A stretch of 63,981 bases of DNA, counting the filler, from an uncultured bacterium (GTDB lineage Bacteria; CAYJOG01): NCBI GenBank assembly GCA_964371695.1. It is 7 parts of 7 records of this genome, joined end to end, with 100 filler letters (N's around TTAATTAATTAA, not from the genome) between each part and the next. Parts side by side here need not be neighbours in the genome. Positions count along the whole stretch, not along the records: positions 46,050 to 54,988 come from CAYJOG010000083.1; positions 55,089 to 63,981 come from CAYJOG010000085.1; 5 more parts are not named here. One strand, 5' to 3'. Made by a program: the position numbers and the translations under genes. The notes under the pieces were generated by a model that worked only from the letters and a program-made list of their open reading frames with translations, searched no databases and had not been told where the DNA came from. Shown piece by piece: positions 48,778 through 58,609 of this stretch. The number at the start of each line of letters is the position of its first letter. Positions within the stretch are counted from its first letter, which is position 1.

Positions 48778-49965
48778 CTAGGTGGTGTATTCCGCGTTGA
48801 TCTTGACGTATTCGTAGCTGAGGTCGCCGGTGAGGAACTGGTAGCTCTTTTTGCCGCTGGCCAGGTTTACGTCCAGGTGAATCTCCTTGCCCGAAAGGCG
48901 TTTGAGCCGGCCCGTGGGCTGGCCGTTTTCAAACAGGCGGTGGCCGTTGATGGTGAGGCTCACCTTGTCCATGTTCAGCCCCGCGCCCGCATAACCCATG
49001 GCGTTCACCACCCGGCCCCAGTTGGGGTCTTCACCAAAAATGGCGGTTTTCACCAACATGCTGCCCGCAATGGCCCGCCCCACCTGCCGCGCCTGGGGCA
49101 GGTCGCGGCAACCACTCAGGTTGATGCACACCAGTTTGGTCACGCCCTCGCCATCCAGCACCAGCTTTTTGGCCAGTTCGCTCAGCAGCATTTTCAGCCC
49201 CTGGGTGGTTGTTTTCAGCGGCGCGTTCACCCCTGCGCCCGGCGGAAGACCAAACCACAGCAACATGTCGTTGGGGCTTTGGTCGTTGTCGATGCACATC
49301 ATGTTGTAGGTTTCCTGCACGGCCTGCGACAACACCGCCTGCATGTCGGCCTGGGCCAGGGCGGCAGAGGTGCTCACAAAAGTGAGCGTGGTGGCCATGT
49401 TGGGGCAGATCATGCCCGCTCCTTTGGTCATGCCGCCCAGCACCAGGTCCGTGTGTTTGCCGTGACGATAGGCGCTGTATTTTGGCACGGTGTCGGTGGT
49501 CATGATGGCCCGCGCCAGACTCAAAGCGTCGCGGCCTGTGCCCTGCAACAGGGTGCGCAGTCCCTTTTGAATGCGCGCCATGGGCAACTGGTTGCCGATG
49601 ACGCCGGTGGAGGCGAAAAGAATCTGGTCACTGTGGCAACCCAGGCTTTCGGCGGCCTGCCGACACACGGCGTGATAATTGCGCTCGCCTTCGTCGCCCG
49701 TGCAGGTGTTGGCCACGCCGCTGTTCACCACCAGCGCCCGCACGAAGCCTTTTTTGATTTTCCGCCGGTTTTCGAGCACGCAGATGCTTTTGAGATCGTT
49801 GGTGGTGAACACACCCGCCACGGGGGTGGGCGCGGGCCACGTCATCAGGCACAGGTCCTGCTTGTCCACGTTTTTGCGGATGCCCACGTGGATTCCCTGG
49901 CCCCTCAGGCCCGGCGTGGCCAGAAAACCACCTTGCATTTTTTTCCACTCATTCAGGGCGCTCAT
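48778..49965 (-). CDS. argJ: Ornithine acetyltransferase
   Basis: NSGVANTCTG, STGVIG, IMTTD, KGAGMICPNMAT (autocleavage Thr), DGEG.TK, DPNWGR, YVKINAEYTT. Confidence 0.97.
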   Translation of the reverse strand: MSALNEWKKMQGGFLATPGLRGQGIHVGIRKNVDKQDLCLMTWPAPTPVAGVFTTNDLKSICVLENRRKIKKGFVRALVVNSGVANTCTGDEGERNYHAVCRQAAESLGCHSDQILFASTGVIGNQLPMARIQKGLRTLLQGTGRDALSLARAIMTTDTVPKYSAYRHGKHTDLVLGGMTKGAGMICPNMATTLTFVSTSAALAQADMQAVLSQAVQETYNMMCIDNDQSPNDMLLWFGLPPGAGVNAPLKTTTQGLKMLLSELAKKLVLDGEGVTKLVCINLSGCRDLPQARQVGRAIAGSMLVKTAIFGEDPNWGRVVNAMGYAGAGLNMDKVSLTINGHRLFENGQPTGRLKRLSGKEIHLDVNLASGKKSYQFLTGDLSYEYVKINAEYTT

Positions 49966-50996
49966 GTCAGCCCCTCCGTTTCGGCAAATCCCGCCATCAC
50001 ATTGGCGTTCTGAATGGCCTGACCGCTGGCGCCCTTCACCAGATTGTCAATGACACTGAAAACTTTGAGCAGGCCGACAGCCGGGTCAAAGGCCACGTTG
50101 ATCAGGCACAGGTTGGTGTTTGTCACCCGTTTAATATCCGGCCAGTCGCCGGGGTTGAGCACCTTCACAAAAGGTTCATCGCGGTAGGCGGACTGAAGCG
50201 CCTCACGGGCGTCGTCTTCGGTTTTGCCCGCCTTCATCGCCACATAACAGGTGGCCGACATGCCCCGCACCACCGGCAGAAGATGGGGCGTAAAGCTCAC
50301 CCGCACCGGCGCACCGGCGGCGTCTTGCAGCAGGTGGCGAATCTCGGCGGTGTGCCGGTGACCCACCACGCCATAGGGGCGCAGGCTTTCCGCGCATTCG
50401 TTAAAAAGCAGGTCTTCGCGCAGCGCCTTGCCCGCGCCGCTCACACCGCTTTTGGCGTCCACAATCACGGGCTGGGACAAATCCGCCAGTGGCATGAGGG
50501 GCCAGAGCGCCAGACCCGAACAGGTGGGGTAACAACCAGGGTTGGCCACCAGCCGGGCTTCTTTCAGCGCCGGGCGGTTGTGCTCCGTCAGGCCATACAC
50601 CGCCCCAGGTAACCTGTCCGCCGCCCGGTGGGCCTCGCCATAAACTGCCTCATATTCAGCAGCGTCCTTCAGGCGGAAGTCCGCGCTCAGGTCCACTACT
50701 TTGGCGTGGCACTGGCCCAGGGCCGCCACAAAGGCCATGGACTCATGGTGCGGCAGCGCCAGAAACAACACGTCCACCTCGCCCGCCTTGCCGGAGTCGG
50801 GGGCCTTGACCCTCAGGGGCTGGTCCTGCGGCCAGAAAGGGTAAAAACCGTCCAGCGGTTTGCCCGCCCAACTGCGGCTCATGACGTTGGTGAGGCGAAA
50901 CCCCTGGTGCCGCGCCAGCCAGCGCGCCAGTTCCTGGCCGGTATAACCGCTGATGCCGACAATGCCGACCGAAATGGCCTTTTCATGAATAGCCAT
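49962..50996 (-). CDS. argC: N-acetyl-gamma-glutamyl-phosphate reductase
   Basis: GISGYTG, DLSADFRL, ANPGCYPT, KSGVSGAG, DNLVKGASGQA. Confidence 0.98.
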   Translation of the reverse strand: MAIHEKAISVGIVGISGYTGQELARWLARHQGFRLTNVMSRSWAGKPLDGFYPFWPQDQPLRVKAPDSGKAGEVDVLFLALPHHESMAFVAALGQCHAKVVDLSADFRLKDAAEYEAVYGEAHRAADRLPGAVYGLTEHNRPALKEARLVANPGCYPTCSGLALWPLMPLADLSQPVIVDAKSGVSGAGKALREDLLFNECAESLRPYGVVGHRHTAEIRHLLQDAAGAPVRVSFTPHLLPVVRGMSATCYVAMKAGKTEDDAREALQSAYRDEPFVKVLNPGDWPDIKRVTNTNLCLINVAFDPAVGLLKVFSVIDNLVKGASGQAIQNANVMAGFAETEGLT

Positions 50997-51107
50997 AAAA
51001 ACCTCCCGCGAAGAATAACGTCAGCACACCCGGTGTAAATGCGAACATTTCCACCGAAGACAGGGGAAAGAAGACCTTTCCCCCAACCGCAAGACCCAGA
51101 AACCTGC

Positions 51108-51530
51108 TTAACGCTTGCTGTATTGAAAGCGTTTGCGGGCGCGCTTGCGGCCGTACTTCTTACGTTCCTTCACGCGGGGGTCGCGTGTCATGAGACCTTC
51201 TTTTTTAAGTCCGCTGCGATAGTCGGGATTCTCCACCACCAAAGCGCGGGAAATGCCCATGCGCAGTGCGTCGCACTGGCCAGCAATGCCGCCCCCCTGG
51301 GTGGTGGCGAACACGTTGACCGTGCCAAAAACACCGGCGACCCGCAGGGGTTTTTCCACCCTGGCGATGTCGGTCACACGGGTGGTGAACTCCAGCAGAT
51401 TTTTTCCGTTGATCTTGATTTCACCCACACCGGGGGTGATGCGCACCCGCGCCACGGCGCATTTGCGGCGGCCCGTGTAAACCTTGGGGATGTTGGTGTG
51501 GGGAGCGGGAGCTTTTTTTGCCTGTGCCAT
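51108..51530 (-). CDS. rpsI: 30S ribosomal protein S9
   Basis: TGRRK.AVARV, GGG..GQ, TRDPRVKERKKYG..ARKRFQYSKR. Confidence 0.99.
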   Translation of the reverse strand: MAQAKKAPAPHTNIPKVYTGRRKCAVARVRITPGVGEIKINGKNLLEFTTRVTDIARVEKPLRVAGVFGTVNVFATTQGGGIAGQCDALRMGISRALVVENPDYRSGLKKEGLMTRDPRVKERKKYGRKRARKRFQYSKR

Positions 51531-51545
51531 GGGAATGCCTGCCTT

Positions 51546-51983
51546 TTACGCCTGAGCCCGTTTCTCGGTGCCCGTGATCTGTGCCGTGTGCCTGGGTTCT
51601 GGACCAGTGTAGACCTTGAGGTGCTTAAAAATACGATTGCCCAGCTTGTTTTTGGGCAACATGCCCTTCACGGCGGCCTCAATGGCCCGTTCGGGATATT
51701 TGTCCAGCCGCTCGCGCAGGGTTTCGGTTTTCAACCCGCCGGGGCGGCCACTGTGACGGTAATAGACTTTTTCTTCGAGCTTGCGGCCGGTGACCTTGAT
51801 TTTTTCGGCGTTGGTGACCACCACAAAAATGCCCATGTCCACGTCGGGGGTGTAGTCCGGCAGGTGCTTGCCCCGCAGCAGCGTGGCCACCTGCACGGCG
51901 AATCGCCCCAGTGTCTGGCCGCTGGCGTCCAGATGCACCCAGGTTTCCGGCCTGTCGTTAAATTTTGCCCGTGTGGTTTTCAT
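51546..51983 (-). CDS. rplM: 50S ribosomal protein L13
   Basis: [47 protein letters not shown]. Confidence 0.98.
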   Translation of the reverse strand: MKTTRAKFNDRPETWVHLDASGQTLGRFAVQVATLLRGKHLPDYTPDVDMGIFVVVTNAEKIKVTGRKLEEKVYYRHSGRPGGLKTETLRERLDKYPERAIEAAVKGMLPKNKLGNRIFKHLKVYTGPEPRHTAQITGTEKRAQA

Positions 51984-52112
51984 CACCTTGCTCCTTGCAA
52001 AAAGCCCCTGTGTTTCCAGGGGGCCGCCATTATGAGAGCGCCTATTTTGAAAGTCAACCAGGGGCGGCAAGTCCCCCGGTTTGCCCCCTTGAGCAAATTG
52101 TCCGCCAAAGAG

Positions 52113-52216
52113 GGCGACACCCGGGGCCAGAGGCCATGAGTTTGCGAGGAGTCTTTCCAGATGCCCATTGGGGCATCTGGCCGAGCAAAGGCGATAGCGG
52201 CCGTTTCCGCCGCCGG
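52113..52216. repeat. Partial family C element carrying module B copy 2 (52139-52198)
   Basis: GGCCAGAGGCCATG-[60 nt]-GGCCGTTTCCGCCGCCGG versus the empty allele at ~34430-34464. Confidence 0.9.
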
Positions 52217-52432
52217 TGAAGCCTGGTGGGGGTCTGCCCAGAACGTTTCTCTCCCCATAAAACCCGGCTCAAAGCAGCCTTTTTTTGGGGTGGGCTGAGC
52301 CGTGCGGCGCTGTTCGGCAGTTTTCATGGAGGAAAACGCCGAACCAGGCAAAAAACCGGGCATGCTCTTTGCGCCCGTTACCCAAAACGCTTTCCCATCT
52401 TCACATATATCGGTGTTTGATATAGTGACACC

Positions 52433-53800
52433 ATGCGTTCCTCATTCATCCGTCAAACCCTTGTCAAAGGGCTGGTTCTGGCCGCTTTGGCCATGCTGCT
52501 GCCCTCTTCTCTTCTATTGGCTGCGCCCAGCAAAGAAGACGCGCAGTTGCAGGAGGCCGCCACCGCCGGTGACCTGAACGCCGCCATGGAGGCCCTCAAG
52601 GCCGGGGCCGACCTGGACACCCAGGACAAATGGGGCCGCACGCCCCTGCACAACGCGCTTTTCAGCCACCGCAAGGAGGTGGCCTATTACCTGATCGAAA
52701 AAGGCTCCAACCTCACGCTCAAAGACAAGGAATATGGCGGCACCCCCCTGCATTACGCCGCCATGATGGGCCTGAAAGACGTCACCCGCGCCCTGCTGGC
52801 CAAAAATCCCGACGTGTTCGCCAAGTCGGGCACGGGCTGGATTCCCCAACACTGGGCGGGCGTGTGGAAAGGCTGCTGCGAAGATTCCCTGCTGCAAGAG
52901 GCGGGCTGGGCGCACATCCTCACCCCCCACAACGACGAACTCGCAGACGACCTGCGGCGCGAAATCATCGAGCGCTACGACAAAGGCGACTTCGCCTGCT
53001 CATGCTCCTGCGGCCTGAAAACCAAACCGGTGTGGACCGAAAGCGGCTGTTGTGGCTATGAACGCACCAGCAAATGGGTGGATGACCGCGACATCACCGG
53101 GGCCAAACCCTGTGGCCGCTGCGCCGCAGACTGGCAAACCCGCACGGGCCGTTATGGCGACAGCCGCTGGTTGTATTCCCCCAATGGCGAGCCGCTGCGC
53201 CCCCTGGGCGTGGACGAAGGCAACCGCCTGCCGGGGCGGTTTTATGCCTATGGCGCGCCGTGGCACGACCCGGCCTATGGCGGCCCCGCCTGCGGCGCCT
53301 GCAACGGCGCGGCGCCAGCCAACAACCCCATGGGTTATGCGTGCAGCAAGGGCATGGGCTGCGGGCTGGACGGAAAATATGGCAATTCCAGCGCAATGTC
53401 CGGGCCGTTTTGCGGCTGGGGCGGCGATGCGCTCAAAGGCCAGGGCGGATGCGGCTGGTCGTGGCAGGGCAAGGACGTGGGCACGCTGCGCGACGGCAAA
53501 ATCGCCCCGCCCTGCGCCTATCAGCGGGGTTTTGAGCCAGCCAGCGGCGCACCCTGCGCAATGGCCGAGCCGCCCCACAGCCCGGCCCGTCCCCACCTGA
53601 GTTGCAACGTCACGCCCTACGCCGACGGCGACGCGCTTTATGTCGAGCCGGTGTGCTGCCTGCAAACCGGCGACGACGGCAAGGTCTACCGCCACATCAA
53701 GGTGTGGCAATACCGCCCCCACACCCACCGCGACGCCAACGGCGACCTCTTCACCCACACCCACCCGTTCTTCTCAGAGATACGGCTGGAGGTGAAGTGA
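52433..53800 (+). CDS. Exported ankyrin-repeat protein with a Cys/Gly/Trp-rich C-terminal region
   Basis: Signal peptide; GRTPLHNA and GGTPLHYAA repeats; about 20 Cys downstream. Confidence 0.85.
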   Translation: MRSSFIRQTLVKGLVLAALAMLLPSSLLLAAPSKEDAQLQEAATAGDLNAAMEALKAGADLDTQDKWGRTPLHNALFSHRKEVAYYLIEKGSNLTLKDKEYGGTPLHYAAMMGLKDVTRALLAKNPDVFAKSGTGWIPQHWAGVWKGCCEDSLLQEAGWAHILTPHNDELADDLRREIIERYDKGDFACSCSCGLKTKPVWTESGCCGYERTSKWVDDRDITGAKPCGRCAADWQTRTGRYGDSRWLYSPNGEPLRPLGVDEGNRLPGRFYAYGAPWHDPAYGGPACGACNGAAPANNPMGYACSKGMGCGLDGKYGNSSAMSGPFCGWGGDALKGQGGCGWSWQGKDVGTLRDGKIAPPCAYQRGFEPASGAPCAMAEPPHSPARPHLSCNVTPYADGDALYVEPVCCLQTGDDGKVYRHIKVWQYRPHTHRDANGDLFTHTHPFFSEIRLEVK

Positions 53801-53923
53801 GGTTTTTTTTCTCTAACCGCGCCACAGGCGAGGAGGCTTGTGATAACTGTATTGCCTTTTGCAAAACCCCCTTTCTTAAGAACAAAAATCAACCCAAATC
53901 AAGGGGAGTGTTAGGAATTAGCC

Positions 53924-54859
53924 ATGGCCAGCTTGGTACTTGATCTTCAAAAAATGGCGTGCGACGGAAACGTCTCCGTCTCTGAGTTGTTGAGACACGC
54001 GATCGTGGTCGCAAAAAAAACTGGTTCAGTTGAAATCGAATCTTGGCTCAAAAATGAGTCCGATGGATACAAACGGTTCGAAGATATTCCAGAATACAGA
54101 ATATTGAATGCAAAACCGTACATGGTAGATGAACGTAATTCGAACTTAAAAACACTTTTGGATTGCGATGACCAAGACCTGATGAAAAAACTAATTATTC
54201 ATCCACGTTTTGATTCAATTTCTTGCCTGGAGAAAGTTTCGACTGATTTGAAAGGGCCTATTGCATCATTTCAACCCCCTCTTCACAACGAAAAAATCCT
54301 AAGACTGATATTTAAAAGCGACAGACCCATAAACTTTTCTTTTGAAACGCCCAGTATTGAGATTACTGGCATCTTTAACAAAGTGCGGAACCTGATTCTG
54401 AACTGGGGGCTTGAACTTGAAGAAGAAGGCGTGCGTGGCGAGAACTGGAGTTTTTCAGGTAAGGAAAAAGAACTGTCAAAACAGGCTTCAATCACAATTA
54501 TAAATAATTATACCGTGACGATTCATAGCTCATCCGAGTCCGCCATTCAGATCGGTTCCAATGGGGCGCATCAAAATTTTTACTGCAATAAAGATAAAGG
54601 GTTAAAAATATTGCTTGACTTGAAAAACTTTTTTAACAACTCAGATGTGTCGGATGAAATAAAAAATGAAGCCCAGAGCCTGATTGATGAATTAAAAACA
54701 GAAATTTCTTCATCCACATTAACCAACACCAAGTTGGGTGACTTTATGTCCAAAATCAAAACCATCGGCTCAAAAGCTGCCCAAAAAACGCTGGATATTG
54801 GTTTAAACCTCTTGCTGCAACAACTGGCGGCTGCTTTGATAAGTCAAATGCCAGGTTGA
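53924..54859 (+). CDS. AbiTii-domain protein (putative anti-phage), low GC
   Basis: SLVLDLQ...VSVSELLR.A.VVA.K.....W...E..GY.....PEYR matches the AbiTii pattern as I recall it; conspicuously AT-rich. Confidence 0.75.
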   Translation: MASLVLDLQKMACDGNVSVSELLRHAIVVAKKTGSVEIESWLKNESDGYKRFEDIPEYRILNAKPYMVDERNSNLKTLLDCDDQDLMKKLIIHPRFDSISCLEKVSTDLKGPIASFQPPLHNEKILRLIFKSDRPINFSFETPSIEITGIFNKVRNLILNWGLELEEEGVRGENWSFSGKEKELSKQASITIINNYTVTIHSSSESAIQIGSNGAHQNFYCNKDKGLKILLDLKNFFNNSDVSDEIKNEAQSLIDELKTEISSSTLTNTKLGDFMSKIKTIGSKAAQKTLDIGLNLLLQQLAAALISQMPG

Positions 54860-54870
54860 AGCGGCTTTCA

Positions 54871-54988
54871 GTGGCACGGACACTCCTGTCCGTGCATCAA
54901 AAAAAATCCAACCCAATTTCATTACTTTTTGGTGGCGCAGGCATCTTGCCTGCGTTCATATAAAAGGCAGGCGGGACGCCTGCCCCAC
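54871..54988. repeat. Three GTGG-type REP hairpins
   Basis: GTGGCACGGACACTCCTGTCCGTGC; GTGGCGCAGGCATCTTGCCTGCG; GCAGGCGGGACGCCTGCCCCAC. Confidence 0.75.
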
Positions 54989-55088
54989 NNNNNNNNNNNN
55001 NNNNNNNNNNNNNNNNNNNNNNNNNNNNNNNNTTAATTAATTAANNNNNNNNNNNNNNNNNNNNNNNNNNNNNNNNNNNNNNNNNNNN

Positions 55089-56139
55089 CGCCGACCGCGA
55101 CAACAGCCTGCACCTGAGCCACGCCTCGCAGGAGACCTGGCACTATCTGCTGCGGCTTTATCCGCTTCAAAACGGCAAGCCGGGCAAAAAACCCGTCTGG
55201 GTCACACTCACGTTCAATCAGGCCGGGTCCATCATGCTGCCCGCCCACTACGCCAGTGTGCAGGTGCTCGACACCCGCACCGGCGACACCTTTCAGCACA
55301 CCCACGGCAACCCCCTGATGGAAGAAGCCGTGCGCCGGGGCCTGCAGAACATGGCTGCCAAAACCCCCACCCCCTGGAGCATAAAACTCTGGACCGGATT
55401 CCAGGCCGGGCAGCGTTTCAACTTCACCCGTTTTGATGGCAAAAAGGGCTTGGCCACCATGGGGGGCAAGCCCTTTCGCCTCATGTTCGGCGAAATGAAA
55501 CTCACCGGCAGCGACAAGGGGTATGAAATCAGCGCACCACTGCCCAAGCTGGGGGCGCTCAGGGTGTGGCTCACCCCCGCCGACCGGCACTTTCCCCTCA
55601 GCGGGGGCAACCGTTTTTTGTGGGGCGGCTTGCCCACACAGGGCACCGTGAGCACCGCGCTGACCGCACGGGGCCAGTTGGGGACCAAGGCTGTTTCGGG
55701 ACAGGCCTGGGTGCTGCACACCTGGGGCCAGCCGCCAGAAAAAGGTCGCTTCACACCCCGCCCCACCGCCCAGGTGCTGGTGCTGCAAAACAACCCCTTG
55801 TTGTTTCAGTGGCGCGGCGGCGAAAAACCGGGCGTTTTCAATGGCCCGCTTTTGTATGACCCCAACACGCCTCAACCCAATCAATCACGCCTCAAGGTGA
55901 TCAAATCCGTTCCCAGCACCGACGGCAAACAGGTTTATCCCCAGCGCTTCACCGCCACGTTGCCCAGGCACAGCAAGCCCTGCGCCGAGCTGGTTTTTGA
56001 TTCCCTGCACCCCAAACAGGAAGACAGCATTTTCGCCGGTCTCAACGCCCGTTTTCAGGGACTGTTTGCGGTGAGTTGTCCCGGCAAACCCAGTCACGGC
56101 AACGCCTTTGTGCGCCTGTTCGGGTTTAGTGTGAAGTGA
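55089..56139 (+). CDS. AttH/CrtC-like (lipocalin-fold) protein, 5'-truncated, divergent
   Basis: Frame open from the contig start: RD..LH....ETWHY; G.AW..H.W; YP.RF; P.QE; terminal G.AFV.L.G. Confidence 0.6.
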
Positions 56140-56156
56140 CGATTATCAGGCCGTCG

Positions 56157-56444
56157 CTACGTTTTGGCCGACACCATCTCCCGCTTCAGACGCGCCCGGC
56201 GAAAACCCCGGTAAAAGGGACTGACAAGCGCCCGGTGCACCTGCGTGGCCGTGGCTTTGTAACGGAACACCGGCTCGCCGTCCACCAGCAGCACGGGCAG
56301 GTGGGGCCGCCATTTTTCACCCTCCGGGAGTTGATGAATGTCCTGTTCCTCAAACAACAGCCCGGCTTCTTTGAGTGTGGCCTTGAGGGTGTCGCACAGG
56401 CAACAGCCCGGCGCGGTGAGCAAAGTGAGGCGCGGCCTGTTCAC
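56157..56444 (-). CDS. Glutaredoxin-like protein (DUF836 type)
   Basis: LTLLTAPGCCLCD, LPVLLVDG. Confidence 0.85.
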   Translation of the reverse strand: MNRPRLTLLTAPGCCLCDTLKATLKEAGLLFEEQDIHQLPEGEKWRPHLPVLLVDGEPVFRYKATATQVHRALVSPFYRGFRRARLKREMVSAKT

Positions 56445-57454
56445 GCCAGCCAGTCTGCAAGGCGCGGGGCATAAAACGCCACGGTGCGGCGGATGCCTTC
56501 TTCAAAACCCACCTGGGGAGACCAGCCCAACAGCGTCCGCGCCTTTTCGCTGCTGGCGGCGAAGTCTCCCACCTCAATGGCCTTGCGGTCTTCGGGCCAT
56601 GCCACGTGTTCATAACCGGCCTCTACGCCCGTGGCTTCGCGGGCGGCGTCAATGGCCGTGAGCACCATGTGTTTGAACGTGACCGGCTGTTCGCTGGAAA
56701 CGTTCAGAACCTCCCCCGCCGCCGCCGAGTTTTCCGCCGCCAGCAACATGGCGCTCAGGGCGTCGTCCACAAAGGTGTAATCCCGCAACTGGCTGCCCTC
56801 GCCAAAAATGCGCAGGGTTTTGCCCTGCAGGGCCTGGCCCAGCATCCAGTTGAGAATGCCAAAGCTGGGGGCCTTGATTTGCGCACGGGGGCCATAGGCG
56901 TTGCTCAGGCGCAGGCACACCGTGTGCAGGCCAAACTTGCGGGCAAACAGCAGGTGATATTGCTCACCCGCCCATTTGTTCACGCCATAAATGTCCACCG
57001 GATGGGGGGTGACTTCTTCGTGGGCGGGGGATTCTTTGGGGCTGCCATAAACCGCGCGGGTGCCGCAATAAACCACCCGCGCCTGGGGGGCGTGCTGGCG
57101 CACGGCCTGCAACAGCACCACGTTGCCCCGGCAGTTGATGTCCACGTCCAGCAAAGGATCGGTCATGCTGTCCACGTGGCTGGTCTGGCCTGCGATGTGA
57201 AAAATCACGGCCTGATTTTTCACCAGTTGGTTCATGGCGTCGGCGTCGCGAATGTCCCGCTGATGCATCGTGATGCGGTCACGGATTTCTTCAACGTTCA
57301 GCCAGTTTGCGCCGTGGCCGGGCAGCAGGCAGTCCACCAGACTCACCTGCGCCCCCAGTTGCAGCAGGCGGTGGGCCAGGTTGCTGCCCAGAAACCCAAG
57401 CCCCCCCGTGATCAGCACCGGCTGGTTTTTGAAGAAGTCAGGGGAGGGATTCAT
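56441..57454 (-). CDS. NAD-dependent nucleotide-sugar epimerase/dehydratase
   Basis: ITGGLGFLGS, YGVNK, RLSNAYGP, G.GSQLRDY. Confidence 0.93.
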   Translation of the reverse strand: MNPSPDFFKNQPVLITGGLGFLGSNLAHRLLQLGAQVSLVDCLLPGHGANWLNVEEIRDRITMHQRDIRDADAMNQLVKNQAVIFHIAGQTSHVDSMTDPLLDVDINCRGNVVLLQAVRQHAPQARVVYCGTRAVYGSPKESPAHEEVTPHPVDIYGVNKWAGEQYHLLFARKFGLHTVCLRLSNAYGPRAQIKAPSFGILNWMLGQALQGKTLRIFGEGSQLRDYTFVDDALSAMLLAAENSAAAGEVLNVSSEQPVTFKHMVLTAIDAAREATGVEAGYEHVAWPEDRKAIEVGDFAASSEKARTLLGWSPQVGFEEGIRRTVAFYAPRLADWLA

Positions 57455-58500
57455 GGTGCAAAAACCGGTGGCGGCAGAGGGGGATTGTAACCAATCTTTT
57501 TCCNNNNNNNNNNGACCAGCAATGGCCCCCCCGCCGCGCCGGTGACGATGGCCTCGGCGGCGGTGGCGGTGAGCGTGACGCCTTGCGCGGCGGCGGGAAT
57601 CACCAGCGCCTGCCAGGGCAGCAGGGTAAACCCCCCGCCCAGGCCGTTTTCCACACGGGCCGAACCCCGCGACAGCACCACCACCCGCAGGGTGTGGGGC
57701 GTGGGGGGGGCTGTCCAGCGGCCGTGCAGCATCAGTTTTTCGATGCGATAGGCGGGTTTTTCCAGCAGCGTGACGTGGGTGCCCCAGGGGGCGCTGCACA
57801 GGTGGCGGGCCGCCTCGGCGGCGCTGTGCAGGGGTGGGGGAGGGGTTTCGCTCAGGGCCGCCAGGGCCTGCTGGGTGTGCAGGGGTCGGGGGCGGCCATG
57901 GTCATAAAGCCGCCACGTCACGTCCGAGGGTTCCTGCACTTCCAGCACCGTCACGCCGCCCAGAATGGCGTGAACGGTGCCGGGGGGAACGTCCACCGTG
58001 TCGCCGGCAAACACCTCTTCGCGCCGCAGCAGGTTTTCAAGGCCCCGTTGTTTCAGGGCTTGGGAAAGGTCGTCCCGGGTCACGCCGGGGGCCAGACCGC
58101 GATATATGCCGCCGGGCGCGCCTTCGGGCGTGGTGCGCAGAATCACCCAGCTTTCTTCTTTGCCCTGGCCGGGGGCCTGGGCCTGAGAAGGATGCACCTG
58201 CACGCTCAGCGGCTCGCGGGCGTCGATAATCTTGATGAGCAGGGGCAGGGGGCCTTCGCCAAAAGCCGTTCCCCCCAGTCCTTCACCCCAGGCTTGGCGC
58301 AACCGGGCCATGGTGTGGCCCGCCAGAGGCCCCGCCGCCACGGTGGATTGATGCTGCTCCAGGTCGGCCACCAGCCAGGCTTCGCCCCAGGGCTCGCCGT
58401 TTTGGGGGGTCTCTCCCAGCGCCGAGAGATGATGCCCCCCCCAGGGTTTGGCCAACATCAGCGGCTGACACAAAAAAGCATGGGGTGGCGCGGTGGCCAT
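57451..58500 (-). CDS. manA: Type I mannose-6-phosphate isomerase (10-N gap at 57504-57513; 3' end uncertain)
   Basis: KPWGG, GEAW, PLLIKIIDA...LSVQVHP, KEESW, GTVHA, EVQEPSDVTWRLYD. Confidence 0.9.
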   Translation of the reverse strand: MATAPPHAFLCQPLMLAKPWGGHHLSALGETPQNGEPWGEAWLVADLEQHQSTVAAGPLAGHTMARLRQAWGEGLGGTAFGEGPLPLLIKIIDAREPLSVQVHPSQAQAPGQGKEESWVILRTTPEGAPGGIYRGLAPGVTRDDLSQALKQRGLENLLRREEVFAGDTVDVPPGTVHAILGGVTVLEVQEPSDVTWRLYDHGRPRPLHTQQALAALSETPPPPLHSAAEAARHLCSAPWGTHVTLLEKPAYRIEKLMLHGRWTAPPTPHTLRVVVLSRGSARVENGLGGGFTLLPWQALVIPAAAQGVTLTATAAEAIVTGAAGGPLLVXXXXKKIGYNPPLPPPVFAP

Positions 58501-58609
58501 GGGCCGCGACATTGTAGAAGGCGTGGGCTCAAGAACATGCACCTGGGCGGACATGGCTTCAATATCGGCGTTTTGCGCCGTGGTGTTGACAGGTTTTTAC
58601 AATGCCTTG

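Noticed and set aside
52990-53700. Multiheme cytochrome c in the Cys-rich protein
   Set aside because: The CxxC motifs are not followed by His.
53801-54988. Integron cassette around the AbiTii-like gene
   Set aside because: The downstream hairpins are REP-type with no clear RYYYAAC/GTTRRRY attC pair, and no integrase is present.
9206-55088. Recurring TTAATTAATTAA motif and gene neighbourhoods across N runs
   Set aside because: Artificial six-frame-stop linkers between length-sorted contigs; no biological adjacency.
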